This document shows positions 9,868 to 19,598 of a DNA stretch of 64,000 bases, one piece after another (the first letter of the stretch is position 1; each line of letters begins with the position of its first letter). A program made the position numbers and the translations under genes. The DNA is from an uncultured delta proteobacterium (GTDB lineage: Bacteria > Desulfobacterota > Binatia > Bin18): NCBI GenBank assembly GCA_963733195.1, contig CAVTCR010000064.1, positions 1 through 64,000 of the forward strand. Reading direction: 5' to 3'. The notes below the pieces were generated by a model that was not told where the DNA came from, did not search any database, and saw only the letters and a list, made by a program, of their open reading frames with translations.

Positions 9868-10365
9868 CTAATCCTCAACTCGTTGCATTGCAACGACTGA
9901 ATAGGGCTGGAAAGAGCCATCTCCCCAGTCAACCTCAACACGCTCTTCAAATCCCTCTACCGTCGGAGTGAGGCGCTTCCGTGCGCGTTTCACTTTGCTG
10001 CCATACTCTGTTGGAGGCCGATCGGCAAATGAGAGGGCGTCGTCATCAAGCTCTAACTGATAGTTCAGAATTGTCCCACCATCTGTGTATGCCTGTGCCG
10101 TAAAGTATTCTGAGGTAGACCCTGTGCCGATCATCACCAACGCTTCATGAATATCTCTTCGGCCATCGGCAAGCGGGTAGGTGACGGTCATACGCAGACC
10201 GATGAACCGCCCTCCAGCTTCCCACACTCCGTTCATCTCTTTGTAGAAAACATTGGTGCCTTCCGCATATCGCCCTTCGCCACGGAAGCTGCCCAAGAGA
10301 AAGCGAAATCTCTGAAGCGGTAAACGATTTTCCTCGGGGTCGTGGACAAGGTCAGTTGCGGCCAT
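9868..10365 (-). CDS. Hypothetical beta-barrel-like protein
   Basis: 165-aa ORF with FLLGSFRGEG N-terminal motif, directly downstream of the acylase. Confidence 0.55.
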   Translation of the reverse strand: MAATDLVHDPEENRLPLQRFRFLLGSFRGEGRYAEGTNVFYKEMNGVWEAGGRFIGLRMTVTYPLADGRRDIHEALVMIGTGSTSEYFTAQAYTDGGTILNYQLELDDDALSFADRPPTEYGSKVKRARKRLTPTVEGFEERVEVDWGDGSFQPYSVVAMQRVED

Positions 10366-10374
10366 AGCATCCCT

Positions 10375-12837
10375 TTAGGGTTGTAAGACGATTTTCTTTT
10401 CAGTGACAGTGACAATTTTCTCGCGTGAGTAAAAAACAGGGAAATATTTTCCTGCTGCCCACATGTTTGCAAGGTCTCGATAATGCGGGTCCGCCGGATT
10501 CCCTCCTTGTCCCGGTGTATTAGTGCCGAGTGAGCGGTCCCAATCTGCTACGTCAGCAATGATGCGAAACGAAGCTCCGATCCCTTGCTCAGCATTATTG
10601 TCGGTGTTGTTGACCGTAAATCCATCTCCACCCCGAGCGAGAGGGCCGACATTAAGCTGCACACGATATTGAGAATTCACCGCCTCTCCAAGTATGTGAC
10701 GGATAGTGATATGGTGGTACCCGGCTTTCCCATAACTCCATTTGCTCATGTCGGGACCAAATCGTTCGGTCAGACTCTGGACCGCCTGCTCAAGGCTCTG
10801 GAGAAGAAAATCATCTCGCCCTTCGAGTGGTTGTTGGCCGTAGAGAGTGTCCGGCGTAGTCAGACTGTTGAGGAGTCGCTGCGGTGCCATTTTCGTAAAG
10901 TGTTGACGGGCCGAACCTGGGACCCGCCGCTCGCGATAGTTTTCCCACAGTCGTTGTTGCCAGGCGGCATAGATTCCTGCTGCAACAGAATCTTTCGCCA
11001 AGACATAGTTCCATGACTGTAACTTTTCGAGAGCAGCCTGGGTTGAGGGGCTCTCGGAGCGAAGCTCATGCAGAAGCGGAACGAGTGTTCGTGCGGGAAT
11101 GGATAGTTCATCCTGCTGCCAACGCATGACGTCAACCGCGGTGGTGCCCATGCGGGCATTCAACAGCTCACGAATACGAGCGAGGCGATACGGTGGCTCC
11201 CACAAGAAGCTCACGTGATGCGGATATCCTGGAGGGAGATTTTCCGCGTTTGCCGTGGCGAAAAATCCTTCGGAAGGATTGTATACGACGGGTAGTTCTT
11301 TGCTGGGGAGCATGCCCGCCCATTCAAATCGCCCATCGCCTGGAACGGGAAGCATCCCATTCCAATTGGGCCGGCGAGGCACAATGCCAGTGGCTTGCCA
11401 ACCGATATTGCCCTTTACATCAGCCCAGACCATGTTTTCGGATGGTGCATTGGAGTAGACACAGGCTGCTCGGAACTCCTCCCAGTTTTTCGCTTGGTCC
11501 ATGCGTAAGCTTGCGAGATATGGGGTGGCACCGATCTCAAGCCACGCGGCACGTAAGGCATACGCCTTGTGATAGGTTGCGTCCTCGGCGAGCACCGGGC
11601 CGTGACGAGTATACTTGAGTTCTACTGTTACCGGGTCTTGCCCTTTCACTGAGATAGTTTCCCGATGCACTTTCATATTTTCCCAGGTACCCTTGTAACG
11701 ATACTGATTGGGATCGAGAGGATTCGTATCGTATACGTACAGATCTTCGGAATCGGTCGGAAAGATGGTAAGACCCCATGCGCCATACTGGTTGTGACCA
11801 ATCGAAACTCCCGGTAAGTGCGGTTCGCCACCGCCAATGACATTCCACCCTGGTGCGACGAGATGGACCCAATAGCGGAGCGATGGCGCGGTAATCGCAC
11901 GGTGAGGATCGTTAGCCATCAGGGGACGTCTTGAGAGTGTCCGGTTGCCGTTGATTACCCAGTTGTTACTTCCCTCTGCAGACTGTTGTGGGGGAGCGTC
12001 AATAGCGGAAACGGGTGCATTGAGCTTGGCTATCGTGGCAGTGTCTGTACGCGCCTCAGCAACCACATCTTCAGGACTGAACTTCACACTCGTCCGTGCT
12101 GCGGTGTAGTACTTGAGGACAGTGTTCGGAATAGTATCGAGGTCTAAACCTTGAGCAACCGACAAATCAGGGTCTTTGGGATAAAAATCGCGCATCGCCA
12201 AAGTCGTTGTTGCACCTACGGACCGTACCTGTTGTGCCGTAAGCAATTCCTCTTCGAGATTCATAAACAAACCGCCGATACGAGAAATGACAATTTCCGG
12301 GGTCCATAGTTGCGGCGTGATCTCTAGGAGTCGAAACTCTAACGGCAGCAGCTCTGGGTGCTGTTCAGTTTCTTTGATGTAGGCGTTGATACCATCAACA
12401 AACGCGTTGATGATCTGTGGTCCTTCAGGATGGTAATGGGTCATTTCTTTGGTAAGATCGCCGCGAAACCGTAAAAGGCGTGCGCCGATATCACGGTCCA
12501 GAGCCCTTGAGCCTTGGATTTCGGCCATTGTTCCAGTTACCCGCCGCCGCCAAATTTCCAATTGGAAGAGCCGGTCACGGGCCGCGTTATAACCTTGGGC
12601 AAAGAAGAGGTCGTGTTGATTCTTGGCGTAAATATGGGGTATTCCCCAGCGATCTACCAAGATATCGACCGTATCAGTGAGTCCTGGAACTCTGACAATG
12701 GAAGAGGGGTCGTCTGCAAAGAGTGTCGAACTGCTGAGTACACAACACAGAAATCCTACTGCTAGAAACAAGGATGTCCGATACCACACGCATCGATTGA
12801 CAGGCTGGTTTGCCTTAGTGGGGCACAGCAACTTCAT
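10375..12837 (-). CDS. Penicillin acylase family Ntn hydrolase, exported
   Basis: DRWGIPHIYA, GSNNW beta-subunit nucleophile, ANDPH, signal-peptide-like N-terminus. Confidence 0.92.
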   Translation of the reverse strand: MKLLCPTKANQPVNRCVWYRTSLFLAVGFLCCVLSSSTLFADDPSSIVRVPGLTDTVDILVDRWGIPHIYAKNQHDLFFAQGYNAARDRLFQLEIWRRRVTGTMAEIQGSRALDRDIGARLLRFRGDLTKEMTHYHPEGPQIINAFVDGINAYIKETEQHPELLPLEFRLLEITPQLWTPEIVISRIGGLFMNLEEELLTAQQVRSVGATTTLAMRDFYPKDPDLSVAQGLDLDTIPNTVLKYYTAARTSVKFSPEDVVAEARTDTATIAKLNAPVSAIDAPPQQSAEGSNNWVINGNRTLSRRPLMANDPHRAITAPSLRYWVHLVAPGWNVIGGGEPHLPGVSIGHNQYGAWGLTIFPTDSEDLYVYDTNPLDPNQYRYKGTWENMKVHRETISVKGQDPVTVELKYTRHGPVLAEDATYHKAYALRAAWLEIGATPYLASLRMDQAKNWEEFRAACVYSNAPSENMVWADVKGNIGWQATGIVPRRPNWNGMLPVPGDGRFEWAGMLPSKELPVVYNPSEGFFATANAENLPPGYPHHVSFLWEPPYRLARIRELLNARMGTTAVDVMRWQQDELSIPARTLVPLLHELRSESPSTQAALEKLQSWNYVLAKDSVAAGIYAAWQQRLWENYRERRVPGSARQHFTKMAPQRLLNSLTTPDTLYGQQPLEGRDDFLLQSLEQAVQSLTERFGPDMSKWSYGKAGYHHITIRHILGEAVNSQYRVQLNVGPLARGGDGFTVNNTDNNAEQGIGASFRIIADVADWDRSLGTNTPGQGGNPADPHYRDLANMWAAGKYFPVFYSREKIVTVTEKKIVLQP

Positions 12838-12897
12838 AATGAAAGTATTTCGGCTATAGCAGAATCATTTACTAAGGCAACCGACCAACCAAGCACG

Positions 12898-12926
12898 TTG
12901 ACTCCTCGATAGGTTTCCGTTAGCCT
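12898..12926 (+). promoter_or_regulatory. Putative sigma70 promoter of the sulfur operon
   Basis: TTGACT-N17-TAGCCT. Confidence 0.45.
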
Positions 12927-12988
12927 TCCCTACCTGAAAGAGCCTCTTTCCTATGGGGAAGGGGCTCTTCGTTATTCGGCAACGTGTT

Positions 12989-13759
12989 ATGGAAGTCTCG
13001 ATTGAAACAGCAAGTGATTCTCGAGTACGAAACGGCAAGGTACTTGTTGTTGGCGTTGGTGGGCTTGGGTGCCCGGCAGCGCTCGCGCTCGCACGTGCCG
13101 GAGTAAGAATAATTGGCTTGATTGATCCTGATGTAGTCGAGCTCTCCAACTTACAACGACAGATCCTTCACGCGACACCGGATATCGGTCGTCCGAAGGT
13201 CGACTCAGCACGTGAGAAATTACTGAGAGTCAACCCAACCGTCACTGTGGTGACATATCACCAGCGGCTTTCAGCGGAGAATCTCCCGACTCTCTTTCGT
13301 GACTATGACTTTATTATTGACGGGACGGATGGAGTTGCGACCAAGTTTCTCATTAATGACGGGGCGGTGCTGCTACGTAAACCCTTTTCCTATGCTGGTA
13401 TTGTCCAGTTTCAAGGGCAGACGCTAACCGTGTGGCCTGGGCGTTCGACTTGCCTCCGCTGTCTGTTCCCGGTGATTCCGTCTGCCGATGATGTCCCGAC
13501 ATGTCAGGAGAGTGGGATTATCGGCAGTCTGGCTGGAAGCGTTGGTATCCTTCAGGCCACCGAAGCGTTGAAGTATCTTCGTGGAGAAGGCAATTTACTA
13601 ACCGATCGCCTTCTGACGTATGACGCATTGGCTCTACGGTGGAGGGAGGTGCGTGTGCGTCGCAGTCGCCACTGTCCGCTATGTGGAGAATATCCAACCA
13701 TCACCGAGATCAGTCCTATGACCCAAGAGCAAACGAGTACCTGTACTCTTGGGAGATGA
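12989..13759 (+). CDS. moeB: MoeB/ThiF-family E1-like adenylyltransferase A (active-site motifs intact)
   Basis: GVGGLG, IDPD, SNLQRQ, GRPKV, DGTD, CLRC, PTCQESG, CPLC. No rhodanese domain. Alternative start at 12953. Confidence 0.88.
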   Translation: MEVSIETASDSRVRNGKVLVVGVGGLGCPAALALARAGVRIIGLIDPDVVELSNLQRQILHATPDIGRPKVDSAREKLLRVNPTVTVVTYHQRLSAENLPTLFRDYDFIIDGTDGVATKFLINDGAVLLRKPFSYAGIVQFQGQTLTVWPGRSTCLRCLFPVIPSADDVPTCQESGIIGSLAGSVGILQATEALKYLRGEGNLLTDRLLTYDALALRWREVRVRRSRHCPLCGEYPTITEISPMTQEQTSTCTLGR

Positions 13760-13796
13760 ACACATACCTGCACGAGAGCATGAGTAAGGAGTCTTT

Positions 13797-15071
13797 ATGA
13801 GTACAATTACTGGCCTCACTTGTCGTGAATGTGGGCAAGAATACCCTGTTGCTCCACTGCATGTGTGTGAAACGTGTTTCGGGCCATTAGAGGTGGTCTA
13901 CGATTATGCGAGTATTCGCAAGCAAATCTCACGCACAGTGATCGAATCACGTCCGGAGTCGCTTTGGCGTTACCAAGAACTCTTGCCAGTCAGTGGAGAA
14001 CCTCGCGTCGGTTTGCACAGCGGGTTTACCCCCTTGGTCAAAGCCGATCGCTTAGCCGCATATCTCGGTGTGAAAGAATTGTACATCAAGGATGACTCCG
14101 TTAATCATCCGACGTTTTCCTACAAAGATCGTGTCGTTTCTGTAGCGATTTCTAAAGCCATGGAGTTTGGCTTTGATACGGTCTCGTGTGCATCAACCGG
14201 TAATTTGGCCAACTCAGTGTCTGCGCATGCTGCTCGGGCTGGCTTGCGTTGTTTCATCTTTATTCCATCAGACTTAGAGCAAGGGAAAGTCATCGGTTCT
14301 ACTATTTACGGTCCACGTGCCGTTGGCATTCGTGGCAACTATGATGACGTGAATCGCCTCTGCAGTGAAATTGCCGACAAATACGGGTGGGCATTCGTCA
14401 ATATCAACATCCGCCCGTATTACACCGAAGGCGCGAAAACCTACGGCTTTGAGATTGCCGAACAACTGGGGTGGCGTCTCCCACAACATGTGATCGTTCC
14501 CACGGCGGGCGGAACCATTCTACCCAAGGTAGCCAAAGCGTTTGAGGAAATGAAGAAAGTTGGACTGATTGATGACCCGCATACGCCGAAGATCTACACT
14601 GCGCAGGCGGCAGGCTGTGCGCCGGTGATTCATGCACTCCACAAAGGCTCTGACCTCATTGTTCCGGTCAAACCAAACACCATCGCCAAGTCGATTGCGA
14701 TTGGCAATCCAGCGGACGGCTATTATGTGCTTAAGGCGGTACGCGACTCTGGTGGTTGGGGTGAGGCGGCTACTGATCAGGAAATTGTCGCCGCGATTCA
14801 GTTACTGGCACAGACCGAGGGGATTTTCACTGAACCTGCGGGTGGGACCACTGTCGCCGTCGCGAAAAAACTGATTGAACAAGGGCGTATACCGAGAAAC
14901 GAGTCGATTGTTATCTGTATTACCGGCAATGGCTACAAGACGATCGAAGCGGTACTAGGAAATGTCAAACAACCCTATGAGATCAATGCTCGGCTGCAAG
15001 ACTTTGACGATCTCTATCAGTCGTTGAGTCAGACAGCGCCAAATCGCGTTGCAGCCGAGGGGCTTCATTAG
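13797..15071 (+). CDS. thrC: Threonine synthase-like PLP enzyme
   Basis: N-terminal CRECG/CETC, HPTFSYKDR PLP lysine, CASTGN, TEPAGG, ITGNGYK. Confidence 0.88.
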   Translation: MSTITGLTCRECGQEYPVAPLHVCETCFGPLEVVYDYASIRKQISRTVIESRPESLWRYQELLPVSGEPRVGLHSGFTPLVKADRLAAYLGVKELYIKDDSVNHPTFSYKDRVVSVAISKAMEFGFDTVSCASTGNLANSVSAHAARAGLRCFIFIPSDLEQGKVIGSTIYGPRAVGIRGNYDDVNRLCSEIADKYGWAFVNINIRPYYTEGAKTYGFEIAEQLGWRLPQHVIVPTAGGTILPKVAKAFEEMKKVGLIDDPHTPKIYTAQAAGCAPVIHALHKGSDLIVPVKPNTIAKSIAIGNPADGYYVLKAVRDSGGWGEAATDQEIVAAIQLLAQTEGIFTEPAGGTTVAVAKKLIEQGRIPRNESIVICITGNGYKTIEAVLGNVKQPYEINARLQDFDDLYQSLSQTAPNRVAAEGLH

Positions 15072-15141
15072 GGAGAAGGGGTGTTGCCAGAGAATAGGAA
15101 AATCGCCACAGTACAAGTGATCTTTTTCAGGAGGTATAGGC

Positions 15142-15417
15142 ATGAGCGTGCATGTGCGGATCCCCACCCCGCTGCGCCGTTTCACTGGCGGTGCTGAGGA
15201 AGTCAGTGCAGCCGGGGCAACGGTGGCCGCGTTAGTTGAGGACCTAGAGCGCAACCATCCAGGACTCAAAGAGCGGATTTGTGATGAGGGCGGCAAAGTC
15301 CGTCGTTTTGTCAACATCTTTGTCAACGGCGACGATATTCGTTTCCTCAACAATCTCGAGACAGTGATCAAAGCGGGGGACGAAGTCTCTATCGTTCCTG
15401 CGATTGCTGGAGGATGA
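15142..15417 (+). CDS. Ubiquitin-like sulfur carrier (MoaD/CysO/SAMP-like)
   Basis: VRIPTPLR...RFVNIFVNGDDIRFL...PAIAGG with exposed C-terminal GG. Strong SD. Confidence 0.92.
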   Translation: MSVHVRIPTPLRRFTGGAEEVSAAGATVAALVEDLERNHPGLKERICDEGGKVRRFVNIFVNGDDIRFLNNLETVIKAGDEVSIVPAIAGG

Positions 15418-15420
15418 GAT

Positions 15421-16407
15421 ATGTCGTTGGTGCCGGTATGGGGCGAGGGATTACCACCGCCCGAGCCTCAACGGGTGCCATCGGTACTGCACCTGGTCGG
15501 CAATACTCCGCTCCTCGAACTGACCAAGGTGACTGCAGGTATTTCTTCGCGTGTACGAGTTTTCGCCAAGCTTGAGGGGTTCAATCCTGGCGGATCGGTG
15601 AAGGATCGGCCCGCGCTCAAGATGGTGGCTGAAGGCTTACGATCTGGCTTTTTAGCTCCGGGCAAAACGATTCTCGATTCAACTTCTGGAAATACGGGCA
15701 TTGCTTTAGCGATGGTTGGAGCTGTCCTTGAATATCCTGTGGAGCTAGTCATTCCTGCCAACGTTAGTGTGGAACGGAAGAAGATTATTGCGGCCTATGG
15801 GGCACGGATGATTTTTAGCAGTCCCCTTGAAGGGTCGGACGGGGCGATTCGCTTATGCCGCCAGATCTTGCACGAAAATCCAGAGCGCTATTTTAAGCCG
15901 GATCAGTATTTTAATGAGGCTAATCCACTGGCACATTACGAAACCACTGGGCCGGAGCTCTGGGCGCAAACGCAGGGACGGATCTCACATTTTGTCGCAG
16001 GCATTGGCACCGGCGGGACGATTATGGGTACTGGCCGTTACTTGAAGGAGAAGAATCCACGGGTGCAAGTTCTTGCGGTCGAGCCCAACGATGCATTCCA
16101 CGGCCTTGAAGGGCTGAAACATATGGCGAGTTCGATCGTTCCAGGTATTTACCATGAGAAGGAGCTTGACGGAAAAATTCCCGTGTCCACCGAGGATGCG
16201 TATGACTCCGTCTATCGCTTAGGGCGCGAGGAAGGAGTCCTGGTGGGACAATCTTCTGGCGCTGCTATCTGGGCTGCTCTCAAGGTAGCGCGTGAACTTG
16301 AGGAAGGAGTTGTGGTTACACTCTTTCCCGATTTCGGTGATAAATACCTCAGTACCAACCTGTGGGTGGGTTGGAAAGAATTCGAGAAGAAACAACGTCA
16401 GTTGTAA
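15421..16407 (+). CDS. cysM: Cysteine synthase (CysM-type)
   Basis: NPGGSVKDR, STSGNTG, GIGTGGT, GQSSG, PDFGDKYLST. Confidence 0.9.
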   Translation: MSLVPVWGEGLPPPEPQRVPSVLHLVGNTPLLELTKVTAGISSRVRVFAKLEGFNPGGSVKDRPALKMVAEGLRSGFLAPGKTILDSTSGNTGIALAMVGAVLEYPVELVIPANVSVERKKIIAAYGARMIFSSPLEGSDGAIRLCRQILHENPERYFKPDQYFNEANPLAHYETTGPELWAQTQGRISHFVAGIGTGGTIMGTGRYLKEKNPRVQVLAVEPNDAFHGLEGLKHMASSIVPGIYHEKELDGKIPVSTEDAYDSVYRLGREEGVLVGQSSGAAIWAALKVARELEEGVVVTLFPDFGDKYLSTNLWVGWKEFEKKQRQL

Positions 16408-16432
16408 AACTGACCATTGTGGGGGAGGTATC

Positions 16433-16669
16433 GTGAAAGAGAAGTTTTATTTGACCTACCCTCCCGCGCTCATCAAAGAGCCGCTGATCTATCTGTTGAT
16501 TAAGAAGTTTGACATTATCCCAAACATTCGCGGAGCGAATGTCTCGGATGAGATGGGACTCCTGGCTATGGAGATTGAAGGAGCACAGGACGACATTGAT
16601 CGAGCGATTGCCTGGCTGCGCGAGCAAGGGGTAACCGTTGAACCGATCGAGAAGAATATCATCGAGTGA
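16433..16669 (+). CDS. Stand-alone NIL domain protein
   Basis: GTG start after GGAGG. LTYPPALIKEPLIY...NIRGANV...GVTVEPIE pattern. Confidence 0.8.
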   Translation: MKEKFYLTYPPALIKEPLIYLLIKKFDIIPNIRGANVSDEMGLLAMEIEGAQDDIDRAIAWLREQGVTVEPIEKNIIE

Positions 16670-16678
16670 CGAAACTGC

Positions 16679-17371
16679 ATGCTTTCTGACCCACAAATCG
16701 AGCGCTACAGCCGGCAAATCATTCTTCCGCAAGTGGGAGGCAAAGGCCAAGAGCGACTCCTGCGTGCCAGTGTCCTGGTGAGCGGTGATGGGCCGTTGCA
16801 AGCCGAGGCCTTGCTGTATTTCGCCGCGGCTGGTGTTGGGCGAATCGGCATCTATAGAACTGAGTGTCTGCCGATATTGCCCGCACTTGCCCCCGAGCAT
16901 CAGGCTTCTGCTGTAACCGCGTTGCAGCGGCTTAATCCGGATTGTGTAATTGTTGTCCACGACAAACAAGATCAGCAGAATGTCGTGCGCCTTGTTCAGC
17001 AATACGACCTGGTTGTTGCTGAACCGAATGCGCAACTTCATATGGCTTGCTACGTAACGCAGCGACCATTCTTATGTGGGCAAGTGTCAGCGACCACTGC
17101 TTGGCTTGCGGTCTACCGTGGTTACGAGGAAGACTTACCTTGCTTTGCCTGTGAGACATTGCCAATTTCCGAAACGGTACCCTCGCTCGGTGGCGATGAG
17201 CCTGTTGGTCCGTTTATCGGAACGATACTCGCAACCGAAGCGATCAAATGTATGCTTGGACTGTACCCGACAGGCCCAACAAAGCTGCTTCAGTATAGTT
17301 TCCCTGATTTGTCGTTTCACGACCGTGCCCTCTCGAAGAATCCCAAGTGTTCCGTCTGCAGACGAAAATAA
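16679..17371 (+). CDS. MoeB/ThiF-like protein B, degenerate adenylation site
   Basis: Has RYSRQIILPQVGGKGQERL and two CxxC motifs (CFAC, CSVC). Lacks GxGxxG, SNLxRQ and the crossover-loop Cys. Confidence 0.8.
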   Translation: MLSDPQIERYSRQIILPQVGGKGQERLLRASVLVSGDGPLQAEALLYFAAAGVGRIGIYRTECLPILPALAPEHQASAVTALQRLNPDCVIVVHDKQDQQNVVRLVQQYDLVVAEPNAQLHMACYVTQRPFLCGQVSATTAWLAVYRGYEEDLPCFACETLPISETVPSLGGDEPVGPFIGTILATEAIKCMLGLYPTGPTKLLQYSFPDLSFHDRALSKNPKCSVCRRK

Positions 17372-17407
17372 TAATCTCAAACTGTTAGTGTAAGGAGTAA
17401 AAAGAAG

Positions 17408-19101
17408 ATGCAAAGAGGTTGTACCCTATGGTTTACTGGTTTGTCGGGTGCCGGGAAATCGACACTTGCGACTGCCTTAGCCCCGCGGCTCCAAGCCTTG
17501 GGAAGGCACGTCGAGATTCTTGATGGTGACGAAGTACGCACGAATCTGAGCAAGGGCCTGGGTTTTAGCAAAGAAGATCGCGACACGAATATTCGTCGTA
17601 TTGGCTACGTAGCGCAATTATTGACGCGGAATGGCGCCTTTGTAATTACGGCGGCAATCTCGCCGTACCGGGAGATCCGTGATGAAGTGCGTCAGAAAAT
17701 CGGCAGGGATTTCGTTGAAGTCTATGCGAAGTGTCCGTTGGATGCGCTCGTCGCACGAGATGTCAAAGGACTGTACAAAAAAGCCCTCGCTGGAGAGATC
17801 AAAGAGTTCACCGGTGTGTCTGACCCCTACGAGGCTCCGCTCAATCCAGAGATTGTGGTCGAAACCGATCGCGAAGCTGTGGAACAAAGTGTTGAGAAAA
17901 TCCTTTCTCGTCTCCAAGAGTTAGGATTTCTCCCGAACGCAGATCTCGGTCCCATTGCGCCACACGGCGGCCAACTCGTAAACCGTCTCGTGACGGGTAC
18001 GCAGCGTGACGTACTATTGGAGCGTGCGAAGTCTTTGCCGCGCATTCAACTCGATGACCGCGCGCAGAGCGACGTTGAAATGATCGCAGTCGGGGCATTT
18101 TCGCCACTGCACGGATTTCTTGGAGCGGCGGATCATAAGCATGTTGTTGAACACATCCGCTTGGCGAACGGATTGCCGTGGTCGATTCCGGTGACACTGC
18201 AAGTGGCAAAGGCACAGGCTGATGTGTTAAAAGAAGGAACAGAAGTTGCCCTGGTTGACGAACGAAACACTATCCTTGCTGTTTTAGCTCTTGCCGAACG
18301 CTATATTCCGAACCGTGAGGAGGAAGTGCGAAAAGTCTATGGAACAACCGAGATCGCTCATCCTGGCGTTGCTGCTGTACTCCAAGGTGGAGAAGTGTAT
18401 CTGGGTGGAGAAATTCAGGTTGTGAATCGCCCAGACACGGTTGCCTTTCCTTCCTACCATCGTGACCCAGCACAAACTCGTGCCCTCTTCCGCGACCGTG
18501 GCTGGCGCACGGTCGTGGGATTTCAAACCCGCAATCCGATCCATCGTGCCCATGAGTACATCACCAAGAGTGCGCTTGAATTGTCGATGGCCTCATGTTG
18601 CATCCATTAGTCGGAAAAACAAAGGGTGACGACATTCCGGCAGATGTGCGTATGCGTTGTTACGAAGTGTTGATGGAAAAATATTATCCACAGGATCGGG
18701 TGCTACTTTCCGTATACCCGGCAGCGATGCGTTATGGTGGCCCGCGCGAAGCGATCTTCCATGCAATTGCCAGGAAAAATTACGGCTGTACCCATTTCAT
18801 TGTCGGACGCGACCACGCCGGTGTCGGCAATTATTATGGTACCTATGATGCTCAGAAAATTTTCGCGCAGTTTACTCCTGGAGAGTTAGGAATCCAGCCG
18901 CTCAATTTTGAAAATGCCTTCTTTTCACGCGTCACCGGACAAATGGGAACGGCGAAAACTGCTCCGGGGAGCCCCGAAACCCAAGTAAACCTCTCAGGGA
19001 CAAAAGTTCGTGAGATGCTCAGCAAGGGCGAACTGCCGCCGCCGGAATTCTCTCGCCCTGAAGTGGCGGAAGTGTTGATTGCCTCGATGAAACAGAAGTA
19101 A
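17408..19101 (+). CDS. cysC/sat: Bifunctional APS kinase (N-term) / ATP sulfurylase (C-term); frameshift near 18585
   Basis: [22 protein letters not shown], then [34 protein letters not shown]. Confidence 0.92.
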
Positions 19102-19136
19102 ACGTTGACTAAGAGAGAAGAGCAGTATCCTGAGTG

Positions 19137-19598
19137 TTACTGTTCTTTTTCTTTTGCTGAGGCACCGATGCGAATAATCAGGACCCCGTCTTGATGTTTA
19201 CGGCCGGCAAAGAAGATTGCGCCATCAGTAGGAAATGAGAGCGACGCGTTGAGGAGAGAGGTTGGATTGGTTCCTTCACGGAGCATCACTTGTAGTGATA
19301 TACGACGATTATCATAGGCTTTGGGAATAACCTGCATCTCCCGTTCCCCAGGCAGCGCAACTTTTATCGGCTCCCCCAAGCGAGCTTGCTGGCGGATCTC
19401 CTGCACTAACCGATACGAAGTGTAGCGAAACGTGCGAATCAGCAGAGGCTTGAGGTCTTCGAGACGGGTATCGAACCCTTTTGAGGAATTAGTTGCCAGA
19501 ACAGTTTCGATATGAAGTTCGATTTCCTCCGCCAGCGCATGAAGTGCCCATAAAAAAGCCAGCGTAAAGCAGAGTTGCGCGACACGATGAGGAGTCAT
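19137..19598 (-). CDS. Hypothetical exported protein downstream of anti-sigma
   Basis: Signal peptide (ALA-EE), FRYTSYRL motif, translational coupling to the upstream gene. Confidence 0.6.
   Translation of the reverse strand: MTPHRVAQLCFTLAFLWALHALAEEIELHIETVLATNSSKGFDTRLEDLKPLLIRTFRYTSYRLVQEIRQQARLGEPIKVALPGEREMQVIPKAYDNRRISLQVMLREGTNPTSLLNASLSFPTDGAIFFAGRKHQDGVLIIRIGASAKEKEQ

Noticed and set aside
18570-18610. Programmed frameshift in cysC-sat (also cobQ and LLM)
   Set aside because: No slippery site is evident, and similar indels occur across unrelated genes, which favours sequencing error.
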